Assembly (NCBI GenBank): GCA_001940845.1
Contig: MSGV01000023.1
Span: 338,312 to 402,311, forward strand
Reading direction: 5' to 3'
DNA: 64,000 nt
Source: Christensenellaceae bacterium Phil7
GTDB taxonomy: Bacteria; Bacillota; Clostridia; Christensenellales; CAG-138
In this document: positions 21,338-31,152 of the stretch, piece after piece
How the letters are laid out: each line of letters begins with the position of its first letter
How positions within the stretch are numbered: position 1 is the first letter of the stretch
Position numbers and translations under genes: made by a program
Notes under the pieces: generated by a model
What the model saw: the letters and a program-made list of their open reading frames with translations, nothing else
Told to the model about the DNA's origin: nothing
Database searches by the model: none

Positions 21338-22648
21338 TCACTCAATTATTTTATAAATCAATGGTGGTTGCTCAGGTCTGCTGTCAGAAAGTTTTATCGA
21401 ATCAATAAGCTTCGATCTTGCTTCCTTAAGGTTCGCCCTATCATTCACATACATATAGGCAAAGGCCTCACCGGCATCGACAAACTCTCCGAATCGTTTT
21501 TTCATAAGAATTCCGACCGCTGGGTCTATAGAATCCTCTGCTCTCTCACGACCTGCGCCAAGCAATTGAGCGGCAATTCCTATATTTTTTGCATCAATAT
21601 GCGAAATATAGCCTTTATCTGCCCTGTAAACTGGAATAATCTCCTGTACCCTTACAAGCATATCCGGATTATCCAAATAGACCGAATCCCCGCCCATTTC
21701 TACAAGCATTTCCTTTAATTTCCGATATCCACTGCCATCCTCAATGGCCCTTACAAGCATCGATTCAGCCTCCGCATCACTTCCGGCAATATCGGAAAGG
21801 ACAAGCATCTTTTCTGCGAGGGCAAAACATACCTTCAAAAGCGGATCATCAAGCGGCAGCATACCGCAAAGAGCCTGTATAGCCTCTCGCATTTCAAGAC
21901 CATTGCCAACCGCCATACCAAGCGGTCTGTTCATATCCGTGATTATAGCAGCTGTGCGTTTTCCAAGGTGCGCACCTATGCTGACCATGCTCTGCGCAAG
22001 ACATTCCGCTTCTTCAACCGTGCTCATGAATGCACCTCTGCCCGTCTTAACATCCAAAACTATGGCATCAGCTCCTGCGGCCAGTTTCTTGCTCATAATG
22101 CTTGAAGCTATCAATGGAATGCTGGGAACCGTACCGCTGACATCACGCAATGCATACATTCGCTTATCGGCAGGATCAAGATTTTCTGATTGTCCAACTA
22201 TGCATAATCCGATTTTATTCACGATTCTTTTAAAATCAAAAAGCGATTGCTCCACGCATACGCCCGGTACGGACTCAAGCTTATCAAGCGTTCCGCCGGA
22301 ATGCGCAAGCCCTCTTCCGCTCATCTTTGCAACAGTACCGCCGCACGCAGCCACAAGAGGAGCGGCTATAAGTGTCGTTGTATCTCCCACCCCACCCGTA
22401 GAATGCTTATCGACTTTTATACCGATCAACTCACTGAGATCAACGATATCACCTGAATGCATCATTGCTAAGGTAAGATCAGCCGTCTCTTCATCATTCA
22501 TTCCACGGCAGCATACCGCCATCATCCATGCGGTAAGCTGATAATCGGCAATTGAACCATCCACAACGCCGTTGATGATAAAATTGATCTCTTCCCCTGT
22601 GTGCGATAAACCATCACGCTTTTTCTCTATCAATTCGGTGATATGCAT
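21338..22648 (-). CDS. pdp: pyrimidine-nucleoside phosphorylase
   Basis: 436 aa. KHSTGGVGDTT motif; typical thymidine/pyrimidine phosphorylase sequence. Confidence 0.9.
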   Translation of the reverse strand: MHITELIEKKRDGLSHTGEEINFIINGVVDGSIADYQLTAWMMAVCCRGMNDEETADLTLAMMHSGDIVDLSELIGIKVDKHSTGGVGDTTTLIAAPLVAACGGTVAKMSGRGLAHSGGTLDKLESVPGVCVEQSLFDFKRIVNKIGLCIVGQSENLDPADKRMYALRDVSGTVPSIPLIASSIMSKKLAAGADAIVLDVKTGRGAFMSTVEEAECLAQSMVSIGAHLGKRTAAIITDMNRPLGMAVGNGLEMREAIQALCGMLPLDDPLLKVCFALAEKMLVLSDIAGSDAEAESMLVRAIEDGSGYRKLKEMLVEMGGDSVYLDNPDMLVRVQEIIPVYRADKGYISHIDAKNIGIAAQLLGAGRERAEDSIDPAVGILMKKRFGEFVDAGEAFAYMYVNDRANLKEARSKLIDSIKLSDSRPEQPPLIYKIIE

Positions 22649-22717
22649 AGAGAGCTTCCTTTCATAGTCGATTTCAATGCATCCAAATGCGGTGGCAGTA
22701 CCCTTTGCTGCAATATT

Positions 22718-24553
22718 CTACTCCACTGTAACCGATTTGGCAAGATTCCTGGGTTTATCAATATCGCAGCCTTTATGCGAAGCCATATAGTACGCCAGAA
22801 GCTGCAGCGGTACGATCGTAAGCGAGGGAACAGCATTCACACCACATTCAGGTATCCTGATAACATGATCGGCAACCCGCTCTGTCTCGCTGTCATCATG
22901 GTTGATAACCGCAATGACCTTTGCTCCCCTGGCCTTTACTTCCTTTATATTGGAAATCATTTTATCAAGCAGCGGACGATATGTACAGATTGCAATAACA
23001 AGCGTTCCGTCCTCTACCAGAGATATACTTCCATGTTTCAATTCGCCTGCTGCATATGCCTCCGAATGAATATAGGATATTTCCTTCAGCTTCAGGGATG
23101 CTTCCAAGGATAGTGCATAATCGATATTTCTTCCGATAAAGAATACACTCTGCGAATTGAAATATAACGATGAAAGATACTGAACATTTTCAACAGACTC
23201 AAGGATTCCGCGAAGCTGCTCCGGTATGCGTTCAAGCTCATTTATCGCAGCAGCAATCTCTTCTTGGCTCATCAGCCCCTTTACACCTGCGATATGCCAA
23301 TTGAGCATATGCATAAGAATGAGCTGAGTGCTGTATGCCTTGGTCGTTGCGACCGCGATTTCCGGCCCGGCCCATGTATAGAGCACATCTTCGCTTTCAT
23401 TAGCAATGGAACTCGCAACCACATTGACAATCGAAATTGTCCTCGCTCCGCGAATCCTTGCTTCACGCAGCCCATAGAGCGTATCAAGGGTCTCGCCGGA
23501 TTGACTTATGATTATCACCAAGGTATGTTCATCGATTATAGGATCATCATAGCGAAATTCGCTCGCCAATTCGGCTTCGATCGGTATGCGCAGAGTTTTC
23601 TTCATAAAATACTTTGCAACCACCCCAACATGATATGCGCTTCCGCAGGCAACGATTTTTATGTTTTCGATCATGCTCAGATCTTGATCGGTAATATGTC
23701 TAAGACCAAGCATGATCCGACCATCTTCCACCCTAGGGGTGATGGTCTTTGTTATCACATCCGGCTGCTCCATTATTTCCTTTATCATGAAATGCGGATA
23801 TCCGCCCTTTTCGGCTGCATCTACATCCCATTGTATGTGTTCTACCTCATGCTCAATGCGTTCACCGTATTTATCCATAACGGTAACGCCTTCCTTTGTC
23901 AATATCGCGAGCTCTCTCTCTCCGAGCCTGAAAATATCGCGTGTATGTTTAAGAATAGCAGGTATATCGGAAGCAATGAAATTCTCTCCATCGCCGATGC
24001 CCACGATCAGCGGACCATCTTTACGCAATGCCATGATCTGCCAGGGATAATCGCTGAATAATATTCCTATGGCATATGATCCCTTCAACTGCACTTCTGC
24101 GCGGCGCACTGCCGATACAGGGTCACCGTTATAATAATAATCGATGAGCTCCGATACGACTTCCGAATCGGTCTCCGTGCAGAAGGTGTGACCATGATCT
24201 ATCAAAAAAGCACGAAGCTCCAAATAATTTTCGATTATTCCATTATGCACAACCGCAACCTTTCCACTCTTGGAAAGATGCGGATGCGAGTTGCTGTCGC
24301 TCGGCTCTCCATGGGTTGCCCATCTAGTATGGCCTATTCCCACAGTAAACCCATCTATCTTAGATTGGTCGCGGTTTTCCATAATCTCTCGCAGCTTTTT
24401 AATTCTGCCGCGTGTTTTATAAACGCTGATTCCATCCTTATCGGTCAATGCGATTCCGGCGGAATCATAGCCTCTATATTCCAATTTTTCAAGCGCATCC
24501 AGCAAAATACCGGCCGCCGACTTATTTCCAACGTAGCCCACTATGCCACACAT
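22718..24553 (-). CDS. glmS: glutamine--fructose-6-phosphate aminotransferase
   Basis: Start set at MCGIVGYVG (N-terminal Cys nucleophile). Two SIS domains. C-terminal KSVTVE. Confidence 0.95.
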   Translation of the reverse strand: MCGIVGYVGNKSAAGILLDALEKLEYRGYDSAGIALTDKDGISVYKTRGRIKKLREIMENRDQSKIDGFTVGIGHTRWATHGEPSDSNSHPHLSKSGKVAVVHNGIIENYLELRAFLIDHGHTFCTETDSEVVSELIDYYYNGDPVSAVRRAEVQLKGSYAIGILFSDYPWQIMALRKDGPLIVGIGDGENFIASDIPAILKHTRDIFRLGERELAILTKEGVTVMDKYGERIEHEVEHIQWDVDAAEKGGYPHFMIKEIMEQPDVITKTITPRVEDGRIMLGLRHITDQDLSMIENIKIVACGSAYHVGVVAKYFMKKTLRIPIEAELASEFRYDDPIIDEHTLVIIISQSGETLDTLYGLREARIRGARTISIVNVVASSIANESEDVLYTWAGPEIAVATTKAYSTQLILMHMLNWHIAGVKGLMSQEEIAAAINELERIPEQLRGILESVENVQYLSSLYFNSQSVFFIGRNIDYALSLEASLKLKEISYIHSEAYAAGELKHGSISLVEDGTLVIAICTYRPLLDKMISNIKEVKARGAKVIAVINHDDSETERVADHVIRIPECGVNAVPSLTIVPLQLLAYYMASHKGCDIDKPRNLAKSVTVE

Positions 24554-24645
24554 ATCGAACTGCCTCCATTGAGTTAGTTTTGTCGTTTTTATAAAAAACA
24601 TAAAATGACCGCCGTCCAAAACAGCCATTTACATGTATCACTGCC

Positions 24646-24673
24646 ATTATACTACATTTCAACACATATTCAA
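24646..24673 (-). promoter_or_regulatory. sigma-A type promoter for glmS (5' UTR of about 90 nt)
   Basis: Reverse strand: TTGAAT-16 nt-TATAAT. Confidence 0.5.
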
Positions 24674-24871
24674 AGCACTAATTACCATATTTTAAGTTAT
24701 CAGACTAAAAATTCAGCTTTTTATCACAGTTGCCATAAATATATTGTTTGTTTTGCGATAAATTTTATCAAATTAAGCAAAAACCGCATAAATACACCTT
24801 GTTAAAAGGGGGTAATTTATGGTACAATGCAGTGTGAATTTGCAGATACGTATGCAGAAAGGATAACTGCT

Positions 24872-25942
24872 ATGAATAAAAGAGGATCCAAACTGCTGTC
24901 GGCGCTTGCAGCCAAGGGTATCGATGCTGTCATGATCTCATCGCAGATCAATCGCAGATACTATACGGGCTTTACCGGCAGTAATGGTATCGCTATTCTG
25001 AGCATGAATGGACGAATATTGCTGACGGACTTCCGTTATACTATCCAGGCCAAAGAGCAATGTGCAGCAAGCGGCTTTGAGGTTCGCCAAATAGATCATG
25101 CCATCGGCTATGCCGATGTTGAAGCGGTGCTCAGGGAATTAGATGCTAAATGTGTGGCTTTTGAAGATGAAGCATTAAGTGTTGCTCAGTTCAGCGGCTA
25201 TAAAGATATGCCATTCGAAATGGTGCCCGATTCAGCCGATATCAACGAAGGGCGTCTCATAAAAGATGCTTTTGAGATATCCAAGATGCAAGCAGCCCAA
25301 TCGATTGCGGATACAGCATTTGAGCAGCTTCTTCAGGTTGTGCAGATCGGTATGACCGAAAAAGAAGTCCGCAATGAACTTGATTATTATATGCGCCGCC
25401 TGGGGGCTGATGAGAATTCTTTTGATACCATAGTTGGCTCCGGTCCGAATGGCGCTCTCTGCCATGCTTATCCGGGTGAGCGAAAGCTTCAAACAGGAGA
25501 TCTGGTGGTTGTAGATTTTGGTGCAAAGATTGATGGGTACTGCTCGGACATGACCCGAACGTTTGCTGTTGGGGAGCCCTGCGAGGAGCTTCGTAAGATC
25601 TATGATATTGTCCTTCGCGCACAGCTTGAGTGCCTCAATAGGCTGAAACCAAATATGGAAGCAGCCGAGCTTGATAAGATTGCGCGAGATATAATTGCCG
25701 ATGCAGGCTATGGTGACCGTTTTGGGCATAGTCTCGGGCACGGTTTTGGGCTTGAGGTTCACGAAAAACCCTATGCCAGCATGCGTTCCTCAGATATTCT
25801 TCTTCCCGGAACCACTATCACGGTTGAACCCGGTATCTATATTGAGGGTTTGGGCGGTGTACGTATTGAAGACTGCTGCGTGCTTACAGATGATGGCTAT
25901 ATCAATCTCTGCAAAACACCCAAGCAGCTTATAATTCTTTAA
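24872..25942 (+). CDS. M24 family Xaa-Pro aminopeptidase
   Basis: MNKRGSKLLSAL start. Metal ligands in VVDFGAKIDGYCSDMTRT, HSLGHGFGLEVHE and GVRIED. Confidence 0.85.
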   Translation: MNKRGSKLLSALAAKGIDAVMISSQINRRYYTGFTGSNGIAILSMNGRILLTDFRYTIQAKEQCAASGFEVRQIDHAIGYADVEAVLRELDAKCVAFEDEALSVAQFSGYKDMPFEMVPDSADINEGRLIKDAFEISKMQAAQSIADTAFEQLLQVVQIGMTEKEVRNELDYYMRRLGADENSFDTIVGSGPNGALCHAYPGERKLQTGDLVVVDFGAKIDGYCSDMTRTFAVGEPCEELRKIYDIVLRAQLECLNRLKPNMEAAELDKIARDIIADAGYGDRFGHSLGHGFGLEVHEKPYASMRSSDILLPGTTITVEPGIYIEGLGGVRIEDCCVLTDDGYINLCKTPKQLIIL

Positions 25943-25987
25943 TAAAAGCAAAGTAAAATTACTATAATAAAACACGGAGGTATTATC

Positions 25988-26545
25988 ATGATTTTAGCCG
26001 GCGATTTTAGGAAAGGCGTCACCGTCGAGATCGACGGACAGGTTTGGAGCATTGCGGATTTTCAGCACGTTAAACCCGGTAAGGGTGCGGCGTTTGTTCG
26101 TACCAGACTCAAGAATGTTATGACAGGAGCTGTACTCGAAAGGACCTTCAGCCCCACTGATAAGTATCCCACTGCTCATATTGAAACTCGCGAAATGCAG
26201 TATCTTTATTCAGATGGTGATCTTTACTACTTCATGGATAACGAAAGCTACGAGCAGCTCGCACTCAACCACGAGCAGGTCGAAGATGCGATCGATTTTG
26301 TAGTTGAAAACACGAATGTTACTATTCGCTTTTTCAAAGGTCAGGCGTTCTCTGTTGCAGCGCCCAATTTTGTTGAATTGACCGTAACGGAAACAGAACC
26401 CGGCTTTAAGGGCGATACGGCGACCGGCACAACAAAGCCGGCTGTACTTGAAACCGGATACAAAATCAACGTTCCCCTTTTCGTAAATGAGGGAGATCGT
26501 ATTCGTGTGGATACCCGTACAGGCGAATACATGGAGCGTTGTTAA
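25988..26545 (+). CDS. efp: elongation factor P
   Basis: 185 aa. [15 protein letters not shown] loop carrying the modified Lys. Confidence 0.95.
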   Translation: MILAGDFRKGVTVEIDGQVWSIADFQHVKPGKGAAFVRTRLKNVMTGAVLERTFSPTDKYPTAHIETREMQYLYSDGDLYYFMDNESYEQLALNHEQVEDAIDFVVENTNVTIRFFKGQAFSVAAPNFVELTVTETEPGFKGDTATGTTKPAVLETGYKINVPLFVNEGDRIRVDTRTGEYMERC

Positions 26546-26661
26546 ACTAAGCAGTATTCATGGGGAACTATAAGTTCCCCCTTCAATCCGCTTTGTTTGC
26601 ATTTAGGCGCGACTCACGACAATCGCGCAAATATTATCACAGTATTAGGAGGAAAGTTATT

Positions 26662-27084
26662 ATGAAGAACAGGGTTGAATTCCTCAAGGGTTATGCCAAG
26701 GGTATCCGTCTTGAAGCACGAGATGATGATATAAGCGGTCTCCTTTGTGCAATTATTGATTGTCTCGATGCGATGGCAGATCAAATAGACGATAACACCG
26801 TCGAAATTGACGATATCAATGATTCTATCGAAGAAATTGAGGAAAGCATCGATACATTTGATGATATCCTGATCGACATGCTTGATGATGAAGATAGCGA
26901 TGATGATGATCTTGCATCTTTGTGGTCGGATGATGACGATGATGACGACGATGACAGCAGCGATGATGATAATTTTGTATTCGATGACGATGGCCTTCTT
27001 GAGGATAAAGAGGAAATTGAAGCCCTGATCGCACATCTTCGAAAGCTTGGATCGTTAGACTCTGATGATGACAAAGGCGAATAA
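26662..27084 (+). CDS. hyper-acidic protein, resembles CD1247 N-terminal domain family
   Basis: AGGAGGAAAG RBS. MKNRVEFLKGYAKGIRLE...LLCAIIDCLDAMADQIDD, followed by long Asp/Glu/Ser runs. Family assignment is by recall only. Confidence 0.6.
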   Translation: MKNRVEFLKGYAKGIRLEARDDDISGLLCAIIDCLDAMADQIDDNTVEIDDINDSIEEIEESIDTFDDILIDMLDDEDSDDDDLASLWSDDDDDDDDDSSDDDNFVFDDDGLLEDKEEIEALIAHLRKLGSLDSDDDKGE

Positions 27085-27152
27085 TTACCCGAAATCTGTT
27101 TGATTCCGATTTGCACTGGGTTGATCTGAAAAGGCATTGCTTTTGATAATTT

Positions 27153-27185
27153 GAGGGTTCACAATATGTAGAGCCCTCGTTTTTA
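27153..27185 (+). terminator. probable terminator after the acidic-protein gene
   Basis: GAGGG-ttcacaatatgtaga-GCCCTC followed by GTTTTT. Confidence 0.5.
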
Positions 27186-27210
27186 CTCGATTCCAGTGCC
27201 CAATAGCTTT

Positions 27211-27948
27211 ATGAAGATAATTCGGGATGGGATACATTTATCGCCTCGGCTCTATTCAGCTTTGGAACTACTGGCTTATTGTGGCTCCAGTTTTGAATGC
27301 GTTGCTGATATTGGCTGCGATCACGGAAAATTGGCAGTTGAGATCCTGCGTTCCGGAACCGCCAAGCGTGTCATTGCTTCCGATGTAAGTGCAGCCTCCT
27401 TGGCGAAGGCTGAATTGCTTGCAAAAGAACACACGCTGGATTCAAAGCTTCAGTGTATAGTCAGCGATGGCTTTTCTGCCTACAGCAACTATGCTATTCA
27501 AGCCGCAGTTATCTGTGGAATGGGCGGTGAGCTAATTGCAAAAATCCTCGAATCCGGCCATGATACAGCAGCTGGATTGGATAGAATAGTTATGCAGCCA
27601 ATGCGTGGGGAATCTGAACTCCGCGAATACCTCTATACGCATAACTATCGTATAATTGTTGAGCGCATCGTCATAGATGCAGGAAGATATTATCAGCTGC
27701 TTTGTGCAGAACCTGGAGAACCTGCTCCGCTGCCATATGGCTGGCCGGATAACTATTATCAATTTGGTGCCGGCGCGTTCGAAACCAACGATCCGCTATT
27801 GGAGCCCATGCTGCATCGTTATCTTGGGATTATTGAGCGTAAGCTGAATGATATTAAAGGCGAGCTGCCGCAATCATTGCTGATCGAAGCAAGCTCCGTA
27901 AAAAAAATTCTTGAGCTGATTTGCGAAAGAGGTAATCAGAAACTATGA
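27211..27948 (+). CDS. trmK: tRNA (adenine22-N1)-methyltransferase TrmK
   Basis: LSPRLYSALELL and DIGCDHGKLAVEIL are typical of TrmK. An alternative GTG start is at 27196. Confidence 0.8.
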   Translation: MKIIRDGIHLSPRLYSALELLAYCGSSFECVADIGCDHGKLAVEILRSGTAKRVIASDVSAASLAKAELLAKEHTLDSKLQCIVSDGFSAYSNYAIQAAVICGMGGELIAKILESGHDTAAGLDRIVMQPMRGESELREYLYTHNYRIIVERIVIDAGRYYQLLCAEPGEPAPLPYGWPDNYYQFGAGAFETNDPLLEPMLHRYLGIIERKLNDIKGELPQSLLIEASSVKKILELICERGNQKL

Positions 27949-28706
27949 AGTTAAGCGATTTCATCGCCGTAATGAGTACCATTGCGCCCGCAGAGCTCGC
28001 AATGGAGGGCGATAATACAGGTTTGCTTGTCGGAACGACCCGCGCCGATATCAGTAAAATCCTTGTTGCACTGGACTGCACAGAGGCTGTGGCCGAAGAA
28101 GCGGTCAATAAGCGCTGTGATCTTGTGCTCACCCACCATCCGCTCATGTTCAGAGCTGTCAAGCGTATTTTGCCCGAAGACCCGATCACTGCGCCCGTTG
28201 TCCACCTTATACGCAATGATATCGGCATGTTTGCAGCACATACCAATTTAGATGCTGCGAAGAACGGAGTTAATTCGGAGCTTTGCAAGCAGCTTGGCAT
28301 TTATAATCCGATTACGGTTGGGAATGAAGGCATCATGCGTATTGGCAATCTTTTGGAACCGATCATGCTTGATGATTTTATCGGTTTTGCTGAAAACATT
28401 CTATGCACACGCATTCGTTTTACAGGAAAAAATAGACTTATACAGCGCATCGCTGTTATGGGCGGATCTGGCGGCGGCGACTACCATCTAGCGAAAATGT
28501 TCGGCGCAGATTTGTATATAACCGGCGAATGCAAACATAATCAGGCAATTGAGGCTGATTTTCTTGGACTCAGCATTGCGGTTGCCGGTCATTTCGAAAC
28601 AGAAAATTTGGTGCTCAAGCCCCTCATTGAGTATCTGCATAATAATACAGAGGGAATTGAATATATTTTAGCCGAGGCTAATGCCCCGGTATTCAGGATG
28701 GTCTGA
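27945..28706 (+). CDS. Nif3-like dinuclear metal centre protein
   Basis: 253 aa. VLTHHPLMF and AGHFETE motifs. ATGA overlap with trmK. Confidence 0.85.
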   Translation: MKLSDFIAVMSTIAPAELAMEGDNTGLLVGTTRADISKILVALDCTEAVAEEAVNKRCDLVLTHHPLMFRAVKRILPEDPITAPVVHLIRNDIGMFAAHTNLDAAKNGVNSELCKQLGIYNPITVGNEGIMRIGNLLEPIMLDDFIGFAENILCTRIRFTGKNRLIQRIAVMGGSGGGDYHLAKMFGADLYITGECKHNQAIEADFLGLSIAVAGHFETENLVLKPLIEYLHNNTEGIEYILAEANAPVFRMV

Positions 28707-28766
28707 GCATATTTATGCATCGCCATCTCTATGCCATGAAAAAGAATGGGGATAAGGAGGCAATAA

Positions 28767-29480
28767 ATGAATCAATGGGAAGCATTATGGGAATATCAGC
28801 AAGCGAACCTTGCTCTTGCTAAACTTAATGATAATCTAAAATCCACCCCAACATACAAGAAATATCTCAGGCTGAAAACTGCCTGCAAAAAATATCAGGA
28901 GATGCTCAATGCCCTTGTGGCCCAGCTCAATGCAAAGCTTGATGATGCCAACATGGTCTCTTCTCGATTTTCAGAGCTGCAAAGGCAATATGAACTTGAA
29001 AAATCCGAGCTTGACATCATGGAGCAAGACGAGATGACAACTTCTGCCGAAGCTGCCGAATCAAAGAGGTCCATCGAAAAATTGCTTACTTCTATAAAGA
29101 GCATTGCCCAGGAGCTTCGTTCCATGCTGAATTGGTGCAGCTCAACACAACAGCGCATAAATGATACGGCAGCACAGCTCGAAGCTGCAACAAGGGACAG
29201 GGAGGCAACAAAGCAGCTTTGCGAAGATGAGCGCAAGCAAGCTGTTCCTGAGGCAGAGCGAATAAAAGCAGATATACTTGCAAAGCGTGCTGAGGTACCG
29301 GATGAGTTGCTAAAGAAATATATGGCTCTCGCTGCATCTAAGTCCAATCCTGTTGCAAGACTTGATGGCAATACCTGCGGAGGATGCCATATGTCGCTAT
29401 CATCCATCGTAGTTCGCCAAGTATCATCGGGCAATAATTATGTGGAATGCGAAAACTGCCGCAGGATATTGATCCCGTAG
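28767..29480 (+). CDS. coiled-coil protein with C4 zinc ribbon (COG1579-like)
   Basis: 237 aa. Long heptad-rich region, then CGGCHMSL...CENCRRIL. Confidence 0.75.
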   Translation: MNQWEALWEYQQANLALAKLNDNLKSTPTYKKYLRLKTACKKYQEMLNALVAQLNAKLDDANMVSSRFSELQRQYELEKSELDIMEQDEMTTSAEAAESKRSIEKLLTSIKSIAQELRSMLNWCSSTQQRINDTAAQLEAATRDREATKQLCEDERKQAVPEAERIKADILAKRAEVPDELLKKYMALAASKSNPVARLDGNTCGGCHMSLSSIVVRQVSSGNNYVECENCRRILIP

Positions 29481-29494
29481 CATTCAAATTTTAA

Positions 29495-29826
29495 GATTGA
29501 GTAAGCCAAGCGACTGCACCGTTTTGCGGTGAGGAAAGTCCGAGCTCCATAGGACAGGGTGCCGGATAACATCCGGTGGAGGCGACTCCAAGGAAAGTGC
29601 AACAGAAATAAACCGCCGCTTTGCGGTAAGGATGGAAAGGCGAGGTAAGAGCTCACCGCCCCTATGGCAACTTAGGGGGCAATGTAAACCCCACCCGGAG
29701 CAAGATTGAAATGGGAACATTTAATGGCTGTTCGTCACGTTCCCCGTAATCGCTGGAGCGTATGGGTAACTATACGCCAAGATAGATGGTCGCATAAACA
29801 GAACTCGGCTTATGGCTTGCTCAATC
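29495..29826 (+). ncRNA. rnpB: RNase P RNA, bacterial type A
   Basis: GAGGAAAGTCCGAGCTCCATAGGACAGGGTGCC, AGTGCAACAGAAA, GGTAAGAGCTCACC, CCACCCGGAGCAAG and ACAGAACTCGGCTTA align by eye with E. coli M1 RNA blocks. P1 pairing is GATTGAGTAAGCCA / TGGCTTGCTCAATC. Confidence 0.9.
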
Positions 29827-29861
29827 ATTATTCTCAATATCTATTGGAAGGAGATACTTGG

Positions 29862-30317
29862 ATGAAATTGGCTCAAGCACTTATGGAGCGTGCGGATATT
29901 CAAAGAAGAATTGCTCAGCTCAATTCCCGCCTTCAGAATAATGCAAAGGTACAGGATGGTGAAGAGCCTTCCGAAGCTCCGGAAGCTCTCCTTGCTGAGC
30001 TCGAAGAGCTATCAAAGCAGCTTGAAGAACTCATAACACGCATAAATATAACAAACTCAATTTCCTCTGCCGATGATGGGCATAGTTTGACGTCACTCTT
30101 GGCTAAACGCGATTGTCTTACCCAAAAGCTAAGTATAATGAGGGATTTTCTTAATGCCGCCAGCTCAACAGTTTCTCGCATGATGCATTCGGAAATTAAG
30201 ATATTCAGCACTGTCAATGTATCCGAACTTCAAAAAAAGATCGATTTTGAATCAAAATGTCTTCGTGAGCTCGAGGTTCAAATACAGACTTTAAACTGGA
30301 CGATTGAATTGCAATAA
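29862..30317 (+). CDS. DIP1984 family protein
   Basis: GGAAGGAG RBS. MKLAQALMERADIQRRIAQLNSRLQNNAKVQDGEEP...TLNWTIEL matches the family by recall. The track ORF start at 29706 lies inside rnpB. Confidence 0.7.
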   Translation: MKLAQALMERADIQRRIAQLNSRLQNNAKVQDGEEPSEAPEALLAELEELSKQLEELITRINITNSISSADDGHSLTSLLAKRDCLTQKLSIMRDFLNAASSTVSRMMHSEIKIFSTVNVSELQKKIDFESKCLRELEVQIQTLNWTIELQ

Positions 30318-30574
30318 TATTTTGGTGTAGCATGAACGAGCGGATACAAACTCGGCGGCCGAGATGAGTCGCGCACAGAAGTCTGGCGGACATTGACTTT
30401 ATTCTCATTTAAACTGTCAGTATTTCGTACAATGGCATGACTGATTCTAACTTTTATAACCAATGTATCGGCGTTTCATGTGAGGTTGTGGGAAAGGGGC
30501 AATGTTTTCGGAATGAAGCAGGATATAAAATTCACAGCCCTGCTTTTTCTCCATGTCTTTGGAAAGGAAATATT

Positions 30575-31114
30575 ATGAAACATATTCCAAATATTCTATC
30601 CGCAATAAGGATTCTGCTCGTTGGTGTTTTTGTTCTTCTTTTTTCAAAAGAAGAATATATATCGAGTATAATCATCTATGCAATAGCATTCCTTACCGAT
30701 TTGCTCGATGGATATCTTGCAAGACGGTTTGGCTGGACAAGCTCAATCGGAAAGGTTCTCGATCCATTGGCTGATAAGCTTATGCTCGTTGCAGTTTTAG
30801 CATGTTTCTATGCTGTCGGTAAGCTAGATCTTTGGATACTCATCACAATAGCCACAGTTGAGCTGATTATGATTGCAGTAGGTGCGATACTATATTTTCG
30901 CAAAGTGGTAGTATATGCTGATTGGTTTGGCAAGATATCCACCGGGCTTTTTGCCCTTGCAATCATACTGACGTTCGTCAATATAATTTGGCAGACTTGC
31001 GATTGGTATCAATATCTTTACATTGCCGCAGTCATATCTTCGCTGGTCGCATTCATTCACTATGGAATAAACACTATCAAGCGCAGATATTTTAAGAAAA
31101 ATATTGATGATTGA
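30575..31114 (+). CDS. pgsA: CDP-alcohol phosphatidyltransferase (PgsA-like)
   Basis: 179 aa. DLLDGYLARRFGWTSSIGKVLDPLADK equals the D-x2-DG-x2-AR...G-x3-D-x3-D motif. Confidence 0.8.
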   Translation: MKHIPNILSAIRILLVGVFVLLFSKEEYISSIIIYAIAFLTDLLDGYLARRFGWTSSIGKVLDPLADKLMLVAVLACFYAVGKLDLWILITIATVELIMIAVGAILYFRKVVVYADWFGKISTGLFALAIILTFVNIIWQTCDWYQYLYIAAVISSLVAFIHYGINTIKRRYFKKNIDD

Positions 31115-31150
31115 AATAAAGAAGCGTTGCTCATCACGCCTCTTTATTTC
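31113..31150. terminator. bidirectional hairpin between convergent pgsA and the mreB-like gene
   Basis: GAAATAAAGAAGCG-ttgctcatca-CGCCTCTTTATTTC (14-bp stem, 1-2 mismatches). Confidence 0.65.
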
Positions 31151-31152
31151 AA

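Noticed and set aside
21744-22541. 265-aa ORF on the + strand
   Set aside because: It lies entirely antisense within pdp and has a Ser/Ala/Pro-rich shadow-frame composition with no RBS. The same reasoning rejects these antisense ORFs: 23264-24061 and 23712-24050 (in glmS); 14648-15217 (in deoC); 57086-57664 and 56495-57010 (in radA); 55408-56022; 28895-29434; 7796-8356; 39399-40088; 50868-51401; 62307-62816; 9640-10140; and 10106-10540.
24554-24700. Looked for a glmS ribozyme in the glmS 5' UTR
   Set aside because: The UTR from the predicted promoter is only about 90 nt. It lacks the conserved core (AGCGCCAGAACT...GACGAGGA-type blocks), so no ribozyme is called.
26860-27000. Run of GAT/GAC/GAA triplets that looks repetitive
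   Set aside because: This is in-frame low-complexity coding for poly-Asp/Glu in the acidic protein. It is not a tandem DNA repeat or a CRISPR array. The antisense ORFs 26614-27036, 26781-27137 and 26825-27034 are by-products of it.
29438-29720. Two reverse-strand ORFs (72 and 78 aa), plus the N-terminal 52 codons of the 29706-30317 ORF
   Set aside because: They overlap the RNase P RNA gene. The real downstream CDS starts at 29862 with its own RBS.
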